DNA of 64,000 bases from positions 2,323 to 66,322 of the forward strand of contig JAVBRX010000034.1 of assembly GCA_031547465.1 (NCBI GenBank), read 5' to 3'. A model generated the notes under the pieces. That model saw nothing but the letters and a program-made list of their open reading frames with translations, ran no database searches and was not told the origin of the DNA. Origin of the DNA: Microvirga sp. Lineage in GTDB: Bacteria; Pseudomonadota; Alphaproteobacteria; Rhizobiales; Beijerinckiaceae. Shown here piece after piece: positions 10,637-20,542 of this stretch; positions within the stretch are counted from its first letter, which is position 1, and each line of letters begins with the position of its first letter. A program made the translations under genes and the position numbers.

Positions 10637-11494
10637 ATGTCCCGCATCGTCTTCGTCAACGGCGCCTTCATTCCCTTTGAAGAGGCGTCTATTTCGCTCA
10701 TGGATCGTGGCTTCCTGTTCGCCGATGGCATTTACGAAGCGAGCGCCGTTCTTTACGGACACCCCGTCGACAACGGGGCGCATCTGGCGCGGCTGGAGCG
10801 GTCGTTGCGGGAAATCCGCATTCCCAACCCGTACACGACGACGGAATGGGCAGCATTGCAGGCCGAACTCATCCGCAGCAACGCGCTTGCTGAAGGACTT
10901 GTCTACATGCAGGTGACGCGCGGCGTCGCCGAACGGGGATTCGCCTTCTCTTCGGATCTGAAACCGACCGTCGTCATGTTCACCCAACCAGCGGAGATTC
11001 TCAATTCGCCCCTGGCAGCATCCGGAGCAAAGGTCATCAGTGTGCCGGATCTGCGCTGGAAGCGGCGCGACATCAAGTCGATCTGTCTGCTGGCCCAGGT
11101 TCTGGCAAAACAACAGGCAGCAGAAGCCGGGGCCAGTGAGGCCTGGATGGTGGAGGATGGTTTCGTGACCGAGGGCGGCTCCTCGACCGCCTTCATCGTC
11201 ACCCGCGATAACGCAATCGTCACCAGACCGCTGTCGTATGCGATTCTGCCTGGCATTACCCGGCAGGCGGTTCTGAAACTGGCCGGTGAAGCCAGTCTCG
11301 CCCTTGAGGAGCGTCCGTTTTCCCTTAAGGAAGCCTATGCCGCATCAGAAGCCTTCTATACCGGCGCTTCGACCATCGTCATGCCGGTGACGGCAATCGA
11401 CGGGCATACAATCGGCAACGGTACACCCGGAACTTTGACGAAACGGTTGCGCGCGATCTATCTCGATCTCGCCGCAAACGACCGGCTCAAATGA
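10637..11494 (+). CDS. dat: D-amino-acid transaminase (PLP fold IV)
   Basis: DRGFLFADGIYE, RRDIKS, TEGGSS and ILPGITR motifs. Confidence 0.9.
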   Translation: MSRIVFVNGAFIPFEEASISLMDRGFLFADGIYEASAVLYGHPVDNGAHLARLERSLREIRIPNPYTTTEWAALQAELIRSNALAEGLVYMQVTRGVAERGFAFSSDLKPTVVMFTQPAEILNSPLAASGAKVISVPDLRWKRRDIKSICLLAQVLAKQQAAEAGASEAWMVEDGFVTEGGSSTAFIVTRDNAIVTRPLSYAILPGITRQAVLKLAGEASLALEERPFSLKEAYAASEAFYTGASTIVMPVTAIDGHTIGNGTPGTLTKRLRAIYLDLAANDRLK

Positions 11495-11526
11495 AACGGG
11501 CCGCCGGATTCCTCCGGCAGCCCGTT
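11495..11526. terminator. Hairpin between convergent dat and gdhA
   Basis: aacgggccgccgga-ttcc-tccggcagcccgtt, a 14-bp stem with one mismatch. Confidence 0.6.
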
Positions 11527-11561
11527 CGAAAGATCGCCTTTTTGCCTCGAAGCACAATGCT

Positions 11562-12824
11562 CTAGCTGACGAAGAAGCTCTGCGTTCCATGAGCCTCGAT
11601 AGCGTTGGCGAGACGGGACAACGCATGAACATAGGCAGCTGTGCGCAACGGGATTTCCTTTTCCGCCGCGAGGGCGAAAATCTTCGCGCCTTCCGCTTCC
11701 ATGACCGTTTTCAGGCGGGCATGGACTTCCTCCACCGGCCAGTAGAAGCCCTGACGGTTCTGCACCCATTCGAAATACGATACCGTAACACCGCCCGCAT
11801 TGGCGAGGATGTCCGGCAGAACGATGACATTCTTCTTGCTGAGGATGGCGTCGGCTTCGGGAGTGATCGGACCGTTGGCGAGTTCCAGCACCACGGAAGC
11901 CTTCACCCGGTCGGCATTGTCCTTGTGGATCAGATCCTCCATCGCTGCCGGAACCAGAAGATCGCAATCGACGGCGATCAGGTCGTCACCGGAGATTGCC
12001 TTGGTTTCGCCGCTGACCATGCCCTTGATCGAACCGGTTTCATTCTTGACCGCGAGGAGCTTGGCGACATCGATGCCGTGCGGGTTATAAATGGCGCCGC
12101 GTGAATCCGACACGGCGACAATGGAGTAGCCGTCGCTGGCCAGAAGCTTGGCGATGAACTGGCCGGCATTGCCGAAGCCCTGGATCGCCACCTTCTTGCC
12201 GCGCCCAAGGCGCAACTGCTTTTCCAGATGGCGGATGAGGTAATAACCGCCGCGCGCCGTCGCATCGTCGCGTCCGAGCGAACCACCGAGCGCAATCGGC
12301 TTGCCGGTAATGACCGCCGGAGTCGACTGGCCGACGATGCTGTTATATTCGTCCATCATCCAGCCCATGACCATCGAGTTGGTGTAGACGTCTGGAGCGG
12401 GAATGTCGCGGTCAGGGCCGATAGTGCGGGCGAAGGCCTGAATATAGGCGCGCGACAAACGTTCCAGTTCGGCTTTCGACAATTCGCGCGGATCGACGCG
12501 GATCGCGCCCTTGCCACCGCCGTACGGCAAGTTCATCACCGCGCATTTAAAGGTCATCCAGAAGGCAAGAGTCTCGACCTCTTCGACGCAGGCCGATGGA
12601 TGATAGCGGATGCCGCCCTTGGTCGGGCCGCGCGTGTCGTCATAGCGGCAACGCCAGGCCATGAACGATTTCCGGGAGCCGTCGTCCATGCGGACCATCA
12701 GCCGCACCTTGACGGTTTCACGTGGATATTTCAGTTGCGCCAGAACATCCGCATCCAGATTCAGGTGCTTGGCCGCTTCTTCCAGACGAATAAGAGCCTG
12801 GTCGAGCATCGAGACGTCACTCAT
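11562..12824 (-). CDS. gdhA: Glu/Leu/Phe/Val dehydrogenase (glutamate dehydrogenase)
   Basis: GPTKGGIRY, PYGGGKG, DIPAPDV, QGFGNAG and PDILANAGGV. The ATG at 12824 has a GGAG RBS. Confidence 0.92.
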   Translation of the reverse strand: MSDVSMLDQALIRLEEAAKHLNLDADVLAQLKYPRETVKVRLMVRMDDGSRKSFMAWRCRYDDTRGPTKGGIRYHPSACVEEVETLAFWMTFKCAVMNLPYGGGKGAIRVDPRELSKAELERLSRAYIQAFARTIGPDRDIPAPDVYTNSMVMGWMMDEYNSIVGQSTPAVITGKPIALGGSLGRDDATARGGYYLIRHLEKQLRLGRGKKVAIQGFGNAGQFIAKLLASDGYSIVAVSDSRGAIYNPHGIDVAKLLAVKNETGSIKGMVSGETKAISGDDLIAVDCDLLVPAAMEDLIHKDNADRVKASVVLELANGPITPEADAILSKKNVIVLPDILANAGGVTVSYFEWVQNRQGFYWPVEEVHARLKTVMEAEGAKIFALAAEKEIPLRTAAYVHALSRLANAIEAHGTQSFFVS

Positions 12825-13286
12825 GCAAGTTACTCCAGCAAAATTAGGCGATGCGGACACACCTCTCCCGTTGACGCAAAAGGCGCCCCGCATGAATCGC
12901 ATATTGCAATAGACAGGCTGTCAGTGTGGCCATAAACAGAAATAAACGTCAAGCATGCTGACCAATTTGAAATTTTATTTTAAATCAATAAAATTACTAC
13001 TTTTTTAACTTTAAAATTTATCTTTGGAATAAAATAAAATATTACCTATAAAATAATTATGTCATGCATTGTTTAATTTAAATAAAAATTTTTGATAATT
13101 TTTTTTAAACATTTAAATACATAAAATATATTTATATATTACTTTATAATCATTAATTATATATCTATATATGACTATTAATGTAACTATATTGTTAATT
13201 ATAGCAATCAATCATAATAATAAAACAAAATTCCATATTGTCGCATTGCAAAAAAACGATCTTAAAATCTTTTTTGCCACATAATG

Positions 13287-13409
13287 GAGTCTGTAAATTG
13301 AAGTGTGTCCCAGCAATTGTCCTGCCATGACGGCCTTGTGCCGTCAGGAGATTGCCGATGAAGTTGGACAAAGCGCAACTTGAAGCACTGACGAAGGATT
13401 TCCAGACTC
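13287..13409 (+). mobile_element. 123-bp IS256-family-like miniature element or remnant
   Basis: Bounded by GAGTCTGTAAAT / ATTTCCAGACTC (12-bp IR, one mismatch). Contains an AGGAGA RBS and the start MKLDKAQLEALTKDF, resembling an IS256 transposase N-terminus. Confidence 0.6.
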
Positions 13410-13494
13410 ACATGCTACCACCTCGCGCGTAACTATGGCCATGCACCTGTATCCGGAGTCGCCAGATACCGCCCAAACCATCGGCGGGGCAGGT

Positions 13495-14469
13495 TTATGG
13501 CCCGATGCGGCGGAATAGCCTGTCGCTCAGCGCATTCGTCGGCTTGAAGATGTAATCTAGGCGGCTGACGGCAATGCGCTGCGGATCGAGGACTTGCAGA
13601 GCGTCGATCACAGCGAAAACCTGCGACGCCTTGCAATGCAGGACAAAACCTGCCTCATCCATCCCATACGGCATCGTCACGTCGAACCCGGACAACGTTC
13701 CGGCTATGGCCGGGCTATGGCCGGGGGCGAAGGCGACGCGAATCTCGCGGCTGATACGGGCCTCCTCCTCGGCGGCGATCCGCGTCATCAGCACACGGAC
13801 GGCCTTGCGCGCCGTGGGGTTCCAGTCGGCGATGACGGAGGCGACCAGATTGGCCTCCGAACGCAGGATTACTCCATCATCGAGAATTTTCAGGGCATTT
13901 GCCGCCAACGTCGCGCCGGTAGTAGTGATATCAACGATGATCTCTGCCGAGCCGGACCCCGGTGCGCCTTCCGTTGCCCCGAGGCTTTCGACGATGAGGT
14001 AATCGGCAATCCCCTTTTCGGCGAAGAACCGCCGCGTCAGGCTCACGTATTTCGTCGCCACGCGCATCTTGCGGCCATGACGGGCGCGCATGTCGGCGGC
14101 CACTTCGTCGAGATCGGCCATGGTGCGGGTATCGATCCAGGCCTGCGGCACGGCAACCACTACGTTGGCGAACCCGAAGCCAAGCGGTGCCAGTAATTCG
14201 ACCGCAGCATCGGCATCGGCGATCTGCTCGCGCACCAGATCCTCGCCGGTAATGCCGAGATGCGCCGCGCCGCTCGCCAGTTGCGTAACAATCTCGGATG
14301 CCGAAAGAAACAACACCTCGACGCCGGGAACGCCGCCGATCGTACCGCGATAATCGCGCGCGCCGCGCGACTGACTGAACACCAGACCGGCGCGCCCGAA
14401 AAAGGCGGCGGCATTTTCCTGCAAGCGGCCCTTTGAGGGAACGGCCAGGACCAGGGGAGCATCGGTCAT
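13495..14469 (-). CDS. hisG: ATP phosphoribosyltransferase
   Basis: AVPSKGRL, GITGED, RVATKY, GATEGAP and DITTTGATL. Confidence 0.96.
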   Translation of the reverse strand: MTDAPLVLAVPSKGRLQENAAAFFGRAGLVFSQSRGARDYRGTIGGVPGVEVLFLSASEIVTQLASGAAHLGITGEDLVREQIADADAAVELLAPLGFGFANVVVAVPQAWIDTRTMADLDEVAADMRARHGRKMRVATKYVSLTRRFFAEKGIADYLIVESLGATEGAPGSGSAEIIVDITTTGATLAANALKILDDGVILRSEANLVASVIADWNPTARKAVRVLMTRIAAEEEARISREIRVAFAPGHSPAIAGTLSGFDVTMPYGMDEAGFVLHCKASQVFAVIDALQVLDPQRIAVSRLDYIFKPTNALSDRLFRRIGP

Positions 14470-15554
14470 TCTGCTGTCTCCGTCACGATCCGGTCAAGCC
14501 AGAAGGCGCAGCCCACCGCCGGAAGGGGGGCCTTCGCACCGAGATGCCGAAGAAGCGTGTCGTAACGCCCGCCGCCAACCAGCGGCTTGGCCGCGCCGGG
14601 CTGGCTGGCCTTCCTATGAATCTCGAAGATGAAACCGGTATAATAATCGAGGTTACGGGCAAAGCACGTACTAAACGTGAAACTGGACAGGTCCGCCTGG
14701 CTTGCGGCAATGAAACCGACACGCGCCTCGAGATCTTCGAGAGTGTTGCCGAGATCGAGTTGCGCCGTTTTCGCCAGCGCCCGGATAGCATCGATGGCAT
14801 CGTCCGGTTCGGCAGCGATTGCCAGATAATCCTGCAAGACCGCCCGCGCCTGCGGGGTAAGGCCCGTCCGGTTCGATGCCCTGGCAAGAAAGCGCTCGGC
14901 AATCTCTCCGGCGCTGCGTCCACCGACACTGGCGATGCCGGCAATCGCCAGCACATCCTCGACAAAAGCTTTCGCCGCCTGCGGCGCCTGCCCCTCAATG
15001 GCGGCAAGCAAACCGGCATGTTCATCGACGCCCTGTGACTCGCCGTTCTCGAAACCCTCCAGCCTCCGACCGGAAACGATGGCGCGCATCACCCGGCGTT
15101 TTCCGGCAGGCGGCAAGGCCAGAGCATCCAGAACGGCGTTCAGAAGCGTCATATCGCCGAGCATGACCGAACAAGGCCCGACTTCGAGCACCTCCAGCCC
15201 GGCGAGCGCCAGGCCGATGATCTCCGCATCCGCCGCCGGTTTGTCGTCGCGACCGATGGATTCCACCCCCGCCTGAAGAAACTCTCCGCTCTCGCCAGAG
15301 CGGAACCGGAACACCGGGCCGAGATAGCTATAGGCGGCAACCGCCTTGTCCGCTTCTTCCAGATGCTGGCGGCAGACGGGAATAGTGTATTCCGGACGCA
15401 GGCAGAGTTCCGCGCCGGACTGGTTCTGCGTTACGAACATGCGACGGCGGATGTCCTCGCCGGAAAGCTCCGTGAATACACTTGCCGGTTGCAGCACCGG
15501 CGGCTCCACGCGGGCATAGCCTTCCTGTTCGAACAGGGCGATCAGGGCATCCAT
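14466..15554 (-). CDS. hisZ: ATP phosphoribosyltransferase regulatory subunit
   Basis: LCLRPEYTIP, EFLQAGVE, LDYYTG and GGGRYD; overlaps the hisG start. Confidence 0.94.
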   Translation of the reverse strand: MDALIALFEQEGYARVEPPVLQPASVFTELSGEDIRRRMFVTQNQSGAELCLRPEYTIPVCRQHLEEADKAVAAYSYLGPVFRFRSGESGEFLQAGVESIGRDDKPAADAEIIGLALAGLEVLEVGPCSVMLGDMTLLNAVLDALALPPAGKRRVMRAIVSGRRLEGFENGESQGVDEHAGLLAAIEGQAPQAAKAFVEDVLAIAGIASVGGRSAGEIAERFLARASNRTGLTPQARAVLQDYLAIAAEPDDAIDAIRALAKTAQLDLGNTLEDLEARVGFIAASQADLSSFTFSTCFARNLDYYTGFIFEIHRKASQPGAAKPLVGGGRYDTLLRHLGAKAPLPAVGCAFWLDRIVTETAE

Positions 15555-15607
15555 TGTGGTTCAAGCCTCCTGCATCGTCGTCGAGCTTCTCGGGAAGCAT
15601 TTTTTTG

Positions 15608-15712
15608 GGAAGCGTTTTCCGGTCCAATTGAACCGAAATAGCATTCTAACTCTTTCAGATACCACATTTCTCTGCATTTAAACGGCACACATTTCAGCAA
15701 AAAATGCTTCAA
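15608..15712 (+). repeat. Degenerate BRU-RS/RIME-like palindromic repeat
   Basis: Same layout as 53356-53460 (gaagcgttttccg...gcattctaac...aaacgg..cac...aaaatgcttcaa). Confidence 0.55.
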
Positions 15713-15893
15713 CACGTCATCGCCTTGTAGCAACGAGCGGCGTCAGGGGCGACACTTTTCCATCATGACGGTGAACGATCAGAAAAGCCCTATCCTTTAG
15801 TCCCATCGGAAATCAAATAAAACTCTGATTGAAATTAGAATAAAACCAATATGTTGCGTGGTTAATACAATGTTGATTTATTTTGCTCTATCC

Positions 15894-15921
15894 TTGACAA
15901 GGGACTGTCTTTTTTTATTGT
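15894..15921 (+). promoter_or_regulatory. Putative sigma70 promoter of the porin gene
   Basis: TTGACA-N16-TATTGT about 100 bp upstream of the ATG. Confidence 0.55.
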
Positions 15922-16022
15922 GTGCTCTATTCATGAGAATATGCCATTTCGCGCAAATATTCCCGAATCAAATTACAACCAAACGAATCTCTCGATCATT
16001 GATCGGGCATAGGGGACAAGAT

Positions 16023-17345
16023 ATGCGTCTAGTTAGAACCGTGCTTCTTGGGTCTACAGCATTTTTTAGTTGTATATCAACAACATATGCTGCCGATTTA
16101 ACCACAAAAAAGGGTGCCCCTATTGAGTATGTCCGGATATGTTCGGTTCATGGCTCAGGCTTTTTCTATATTCCAGGCTCCGATACCTGCCTAAAGATCC
16201 GTGGCAATGTATACGGCGAGACGCTGTACCAATCCGGACGCTCGAAAAGTGAAGACCGGATCGGCTGGGAAACCGAAGCCCGCATCGGCTTGGACGCCCG
16301 CACCCGCACCCAATATGGAACGGTGCGCGCCTACCTTCGCTTCAAGTTCATCAGCGATTCGGGAACACCCTATGACAGCACACGGGAAGATTCCAACGAT
16401 ACCGCCATTTCGCAAGGGTTCGTGCAGTTTGCCGGTCTGACCGCCGGACGAGCGGCCTCGTTCTTCGATTTCTCGGAAGGGGCCAATCTCGGAACCCTGC
16501 GTTATTCTGACGGCGTCAAGGTCAATCTTCTCGCCTACACGGCAACGTTCGGCAACGGCTTCTCGGCAACGTTATCTTTGGAAGATCCCGCCCAGCGTCG
16601 GGCTTTCGGGGCTGGCGCGGTCGGCGCAATCGATCCGCTGACGGGTGAATTCAGCGACACGATCGGCGGAACACGGCTGCCGGAAATCGTCGCCAGCCTG
16701 CGCGCCGAGCAATCCTGGGGTGCAGTCCAGGTCATGGGCGCGTTGCACCAGTTGCGCGATGCCGGCGGCTTCAATACCCCGAGGGCTGACGATGAATACG
16801 GCTTCGCTCTCGGTCTCGGTACCAAGATCAACCTGCCGATGCTTGCGGAAGAAGACTATCTCTGGGTCAACCTGACCTACACCAAGGGCGCGCTCGGCTA
16901 TATGGGCTTCGAGGAGGACAACCTCACGGACGGGCTGACGATCGGCAGGGAGACTTTCGCCTATTCGGATGCGTTCCTCGTCGATAACGGCAATGGCACC
17001 TCCTCCCTGGTGCTCAGCTCCAGCTGGCAGGCCGCGCTCGGCATCCAGCACCACTGGACTGCAACCGTCGCGTCAAGCCTGTTCGGCTCCTATGCCCGGA
17101 TCAACGCCGCGGAGCATCAGGGAACGGCCCTGGCCGACGATATCACGGAATACCGCATTGGCGGTAATGTGAGCTGGTCGCCGATAGACGACCTGACCCT
17201 TACGGCGGAAGCCCTTTATGCCAAGGCCGAGGGATCACGGAGCGGAATCGTCGGATATGACGCCGCCGGTCTACCGCTTACCGGCAAGATCGAACGTTCC
17301 GACGATGCCTGGGAAGGGCGGTTCCGGGTGCAGCGGGATTTTTAA
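16023..17345 (+). CDS. Alphaproteobacterial outer-membrane porin (Omp2/RopA family)
   Basis: Signal peptide ending AADL; family signature EYVRICS..GSGFFYIPGSDTCLKI; C-terminal RVQRDF. Confidence 0.93.
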   Translation: MRLVRTVLLGSTAFFSCISTTYAADLTTKKGAPIEYVRICSVHGSGFFYIPGSDTCLKIRGNVYGETLYQSGRSKSEDRIGWETEARIGLDARTRTQYGTVRAYLRFKFISDSGTPYDSTREDSNDTAISQGFVQFAGLTAGRAASFFDFSEGANLGTLRYSDGVKVNLLAYTATFGNGFSATLSLEDPAQRRAFGAGAVGAIDPLTGEFSDTIGGTRLPEIVASLRAEQSWGAVQVMGALHQLRDAGGFNTPRADDEYGFALGLGTKINLPMLAEEDYLWVNLTYTKGALGYMGFEEDNLTDGLTIGRETFAYSDAFLVDNGNGTSSLVLSSSWQAALGIQHHWTATVASSLFGSYARINAAEHQGTALADDITEYRIGGNVSWSPIDDLTLTAEALYAKAEGSRSGIVGYDAAGLPLTGKIERSDDAWEGRFRVQRDF

Positions 17346-17394
17346 ATCATTTTCCGTCAGGCAGGTACCTGTCGATAAAATGTGATAATACATC

Positions 17395-17437
17395 AACTCA
17401 GAGCGCCTTCCGATCTGATCGGAAGGCGCTCTGAGTT
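17395..17437. repeat. Perfect 21-bp inverted repeat with 1-nt spacer
   Basis: aactcagagcgccttccgatc-t-gatcggaaggcgctctgagtt. Confidence 0.9.
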
Positions 17438-17522
17438 CAGTTTTACGCATAATCCTGCCCTGCAACCGACGATGCCGGCAGAACGGCTTTGGTGGAATCG
17501 TTCACGGGCATAGGAGCGCGCG

Positions 17523-17990
17523 ATGCGAATGCACAGAAGACACGCTATCCTGGCACTGGGGTCGGCTCTGCTGCTCCCCGGTACGGCAAGGGCCGAAAAC
17601 AAGCCGCTAGTGACGATGTATAACGACCCGTCCTGCGGCTGTTGCTCCGGGTGGCTCGAACACCTCACCGAGGCCGGATTCCCGACCAAGGCCATCGAAG
17701 AAAGTCGGATGGATGCCGTCAAACAGCGTCTCGGCGTTCCGCACGAACTCTGGTCCTGCCACACCGCCCTGATCGATGGCTACGTCATCGAGGGCCATGT
17801 ACCGGTGGCGGCCATCGCCAAACTGCTGACCGAACGCCCAGTTGTCAAAGGCCTCTCAGCCCCCGGCATGCCGCAAGGCTCGCCTGGAATGGAAGCCCCC
17901 GACGTCGAGCCGGAGCCTTACGAAATCATGTCCTTTGGCGCGAACGGCATCGCCCAGTTCATGCGCGTCAAAGGCGACAAACCGTTGTAA
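17523..17990 (+). CDS. DUF411 (CopG-like) periplasmic metal-binding protein
   Basis: CGCC..W..H, SCHTA, EGHVP and PGMPQGSPGME motifs; twin-Arg-like signal. Confidence 0.88.
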   Translation: MRMHRRHAILALGSALLLPGTARAENKPLVTMYNDPSCGCCSGWLEHLTEAGFPTKAIEESRMDAVKQRLGVPHELWSCHTALIDGYVIEGHVPVAAIAKLLTERPVVKGLSAPGMPQGSPGMEAPDVEPEPYEIMSFGANGIAQFMRVKGDKPL

Positions 17991-18008
17991 TCGCGGTCTT
18001 CCGGCTTA

Positions 18009-20396
18009 TTAGACACCCCTTTGCCACCGCACCTTCCGGTCAGAAGCAATGCGATGCGCTGCGCTTTGAATCGATTCTGCGTCGATGCCGTTGTGCCGGT
18101 AGAGATCGGCGATGGTGCCACACTGGCCGAAATGCTCGATGCCGAGCGCGTGCGTGCGATGACCGTAGACCGAACCGAGCCATGACAGGGCCGCCGGATA
18201 GCCGTCGAGAACGGTGACGAAAGCAGCATGGGCCGGGACAGGGCGAAGCAGGCGCTCGATATGGCTCTCCGCCTCATCCTCGCCATGCTGGCGGGCGCGG
18301 GTGGCGGCCATCCATCCAGCCTTGAGACGATCCGCCGAAGTGACGGCCAGCAGGCCGATATCGCGCCATTCCTCACCCATACGGCCCACGGCGGCAATCG
18401 CTTCCGGAGCGACGGCTCCGCTGTAGGCGATGATTGCAGCACAGTTCGGCCCCGGCTCGCGCATCCAGTAGGCCCCGGCGACGATATCGCGCGCCAGATC
18501 GTCGTTCATGGCGCGGTAAGGCTGCTCCACCTGCCGCGTGGTGAGGCGCAGGTAAACGGAGCCGCCGGTGCCGTCCGGCAGACGGGTCAGGGGATCGGGA
18601 GTTTTATCGCCGTCGCGCTGCACATGGTCGAACGCCCATTGCAGGATCACCGCCAGTTCATCGACGAAGGCAGGCTCGAATGACGCGAGGCGATCCATCG
18701 CCATGCCGATCAGCGGCGTGGCGATGGACTGGTGCGCACCGCCTTCCGGGGCAAGCGTGATGCCGGAAGGCGTGGCGGCGAGGATGAAGCGGGCATCCTG
18801 ATAACAGGCATAGATCAGGGCATCGAGACCGCGACAGATAAACGGATCGTACAGGGTGCCGACCGGGATCAGCCGCTCGCCGAACAGCGAATGCGACAGG
18901 CCGAGGGCCGAGAGCGCCAGAAACAGGTTCATTTCGGCAATGCCGAGTTCGAGATGCTGGCCCTTCGGTCCCGCTTCCCATTTCTGCATCGAGGCGATCT
19001 TCTCCTCGCGGAACGTATCCTTGACCGCATCGCGGGCATAGACGCCGCGCCGGTTGACCCAGGGGCCGAGGTTGGTCGAGACCGTGACATCCGGAGAAAC
19101 GGTCAGGACGCGCTCCGCCAACGGCCCGCCGGTTTTCGCCAGTTCTTCCAGAAGGCGGCCAAACCCGGCCTGGGTGGAATCGGTCAGTTGCGGCTTGACG
19201 GCAAGAGGCGGAACGGAAACATGCTCCGCCGCCAGCCGCCGGTTCTTGTTAGCGGCGAACGGCGTTGCGGCGATGAAGCGTTCCAGCGCCTCCGGCGGCA
19301 AGTCGAGACCCTCGAACCTGTCCCATTCGTGGCCGGGACGGATATGGTTCGCTTGGCGGACACTCTCCATCTGTTCCTTGGTCATCAGACCGGAATGGTT
19401 GTCCTTGTGTCCGGCAAGCGGCAGTCCGAAGCCCTTGATGCTGTAGGCAATAAAACAGACCGGACGATCATGCTTGACGCTTTCGAAGGCTTCCAGCAGC
19501 GTCGGCATGTCATTCCCGCCGAGATTGGTCATCAGTGCCGCGAGTTCGGCATCCGTCCGGCGTTCGATCAAACGGCTGACGGCCCCCTGATCGCCAATAT
19601 CGTCCAGCAAGCGCTGCCGCCATGCCTTACCGCCCTGAAAGGTCAGGGCCGAATAGAGCTGGTTCGGACAATTGTCGATCCAGGCGCACAATTTCTCGCC
19701 GCCCGGCTCCCTGAACGCCGCTTCGAGCAGGACGCCGTATTTAAGAACCACAACCTCCCAGCCGAAACTGCGGAACAGGCTTTCGAATCGCGTATGCAAG
19801 CCTTCATGCACCACGGCGTCGAGGGATTGACGGTTATAGTCGATCACCCACCAGACATTGCGGACATCGTGCTTCCAGCCCTCCAGCAACGCCTCGAAAA
19901 TATTGCCCTCATCAAGTTCGGCATCGCCGACGAGGGCGATCATCCGGCCATCGGGGCGGGCTTTCGCCCAATCGTGGGCTTTCAGATAATCCTGCGTCAT
20001 CGAGGCGAACAGGGTCTGCGCCACGCCGAGGCCGACCGAGCCGGTGGAAAAATCGACATCGCCACCGTCCTTAGTGCGCGACGGGTAGGATTGCGCGCCG
20101 CCGAAGCCGCGGAAGTTCTCCAGCTTGCCCCGCGTCTGTCGCCCCATCAGGTATTGCAGGGCATGGAACACCGGCCCGGCATGGGGCTTCACCGCCACCC
20201 GATCCTGCGGGCGCAGCACCGCCATGTAGAGAGCGGTGAGGATCGTCGCCAGCGAAGCGGAGGAGGCCTGATGGCCGCCGATCTTCAGGCCATCAGCGTT
20301 AGGGCGGATATGGTTGGCGTTATGGATCATCCACGACGCCAGCCACAGCGCCTTGCGCTCGATTGCGGACAGATACGGCAGACGCGGATCGCTCAT
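18009..20396 (-). CDS. ThDP-dependent AceE/MdeB-like 2-oxoacid dehydrogenase E1 (transketolase-like)
   Basis: GGHQASSAS, QSYPS, STGSVGLG, GDAELDEG (ThDP motif), ELGIAEMN and EGGAHQS. GGAG RBS before MSDPRL. Confidence 0.85.
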   Translation of the reverse strand: MSDPRLPYLSAIERKALWLASWMIHNANHIRPNADGLKIGGHQASSASLATILTALYMAVLRPQDRVAVKPHAGPVFHALQYLMGRQTRGKLENFRGFGGAQSYPSRTKDGGDVDFSTGSVGLGVAQTLFASMTQDYLKAHDWAKARPDGRMIALVGDAELDEGNIFEALLEGWKHDVRNVWWVIDYNRQSLDAVVHEGLHTRFESLFRSFGWEVVVLKYGVLLEAAFREPGGEKLCAWIDNCPNQLYSALTFQGGKAWRQRLLDDIGDQGAVSRLIERRTDAELAALMTNLGGNDMPTLLEAFESVKHDRPVCFIAYSIKGFGLPLAGHKDNHSGLMTKEQMESVRQANHIRPGHEWDRFEGLDLPPEALERFIAATPFAANKNRRLAAEHVSVPPLAVKPQLTDSTQAGFGRLLEELAKTGGPLAERVLTVSPDVTVSTNLGPWVNRRGVYARDAVKDTFREEKIASMQKWEAGPKGQHLELGIAEMNLFLALSALGLSHSLFGERLIPVGTLYDPFICRGLDALIYACYQDARFILAATPSGITLAPEGGAHQSIATPLIGMAMDRLASFEPAFVDELAVILQWAFDHVQRDGDKTPDPLTRLPDGTGGSVYLRLTTRQVEQPYRAMNDDLARDIVAGAYWMREPGPNCAAIIAYSGAVAPEAIAAVGRMGEEWRDIGLLAVTSADRLKAGWMAATRARQHGEDEAESHIERLLRPVPAHAAFVTVLDGYPAALSWLGSVYGHRTHALGIEHFGQCGTIADLYRHNGIDAESIQSAAHRIASDRKVRWQRGV

Positions 20397-20542
20397 TCCT
20401 TGCTCCTCCGGGGATCGACGCCGCACATACGGCGCTCTCATCGAACGGTGCGAGACCATAGCGGTTTTCATCCGCGAACGCGGCGACAAAAATGCCGCAG
20501 GATAAACAGGTTCGCCTTTGTTCCTCGTTCCGGATCAGAGCG

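Noticed and set aside
12960-13285. AT-rich tract as a replication origin
   Set aside because: I found no clear DnaA boxes (TTATCCACA) and none of the usual origin-linked genes (hemE, dnaA, parAB, repABC) nearby.
15858-16022. Long N-terminal extensions in the ORF track (porin, gdhA, metK, ybeY, comM, ynbD-like, queG, gntR, uppP)
   Set aside because: Downstream starts have an RBS or stop/start overlaps and match family N-termini; the extensions run through promoters, repeats or neighbouring genes.
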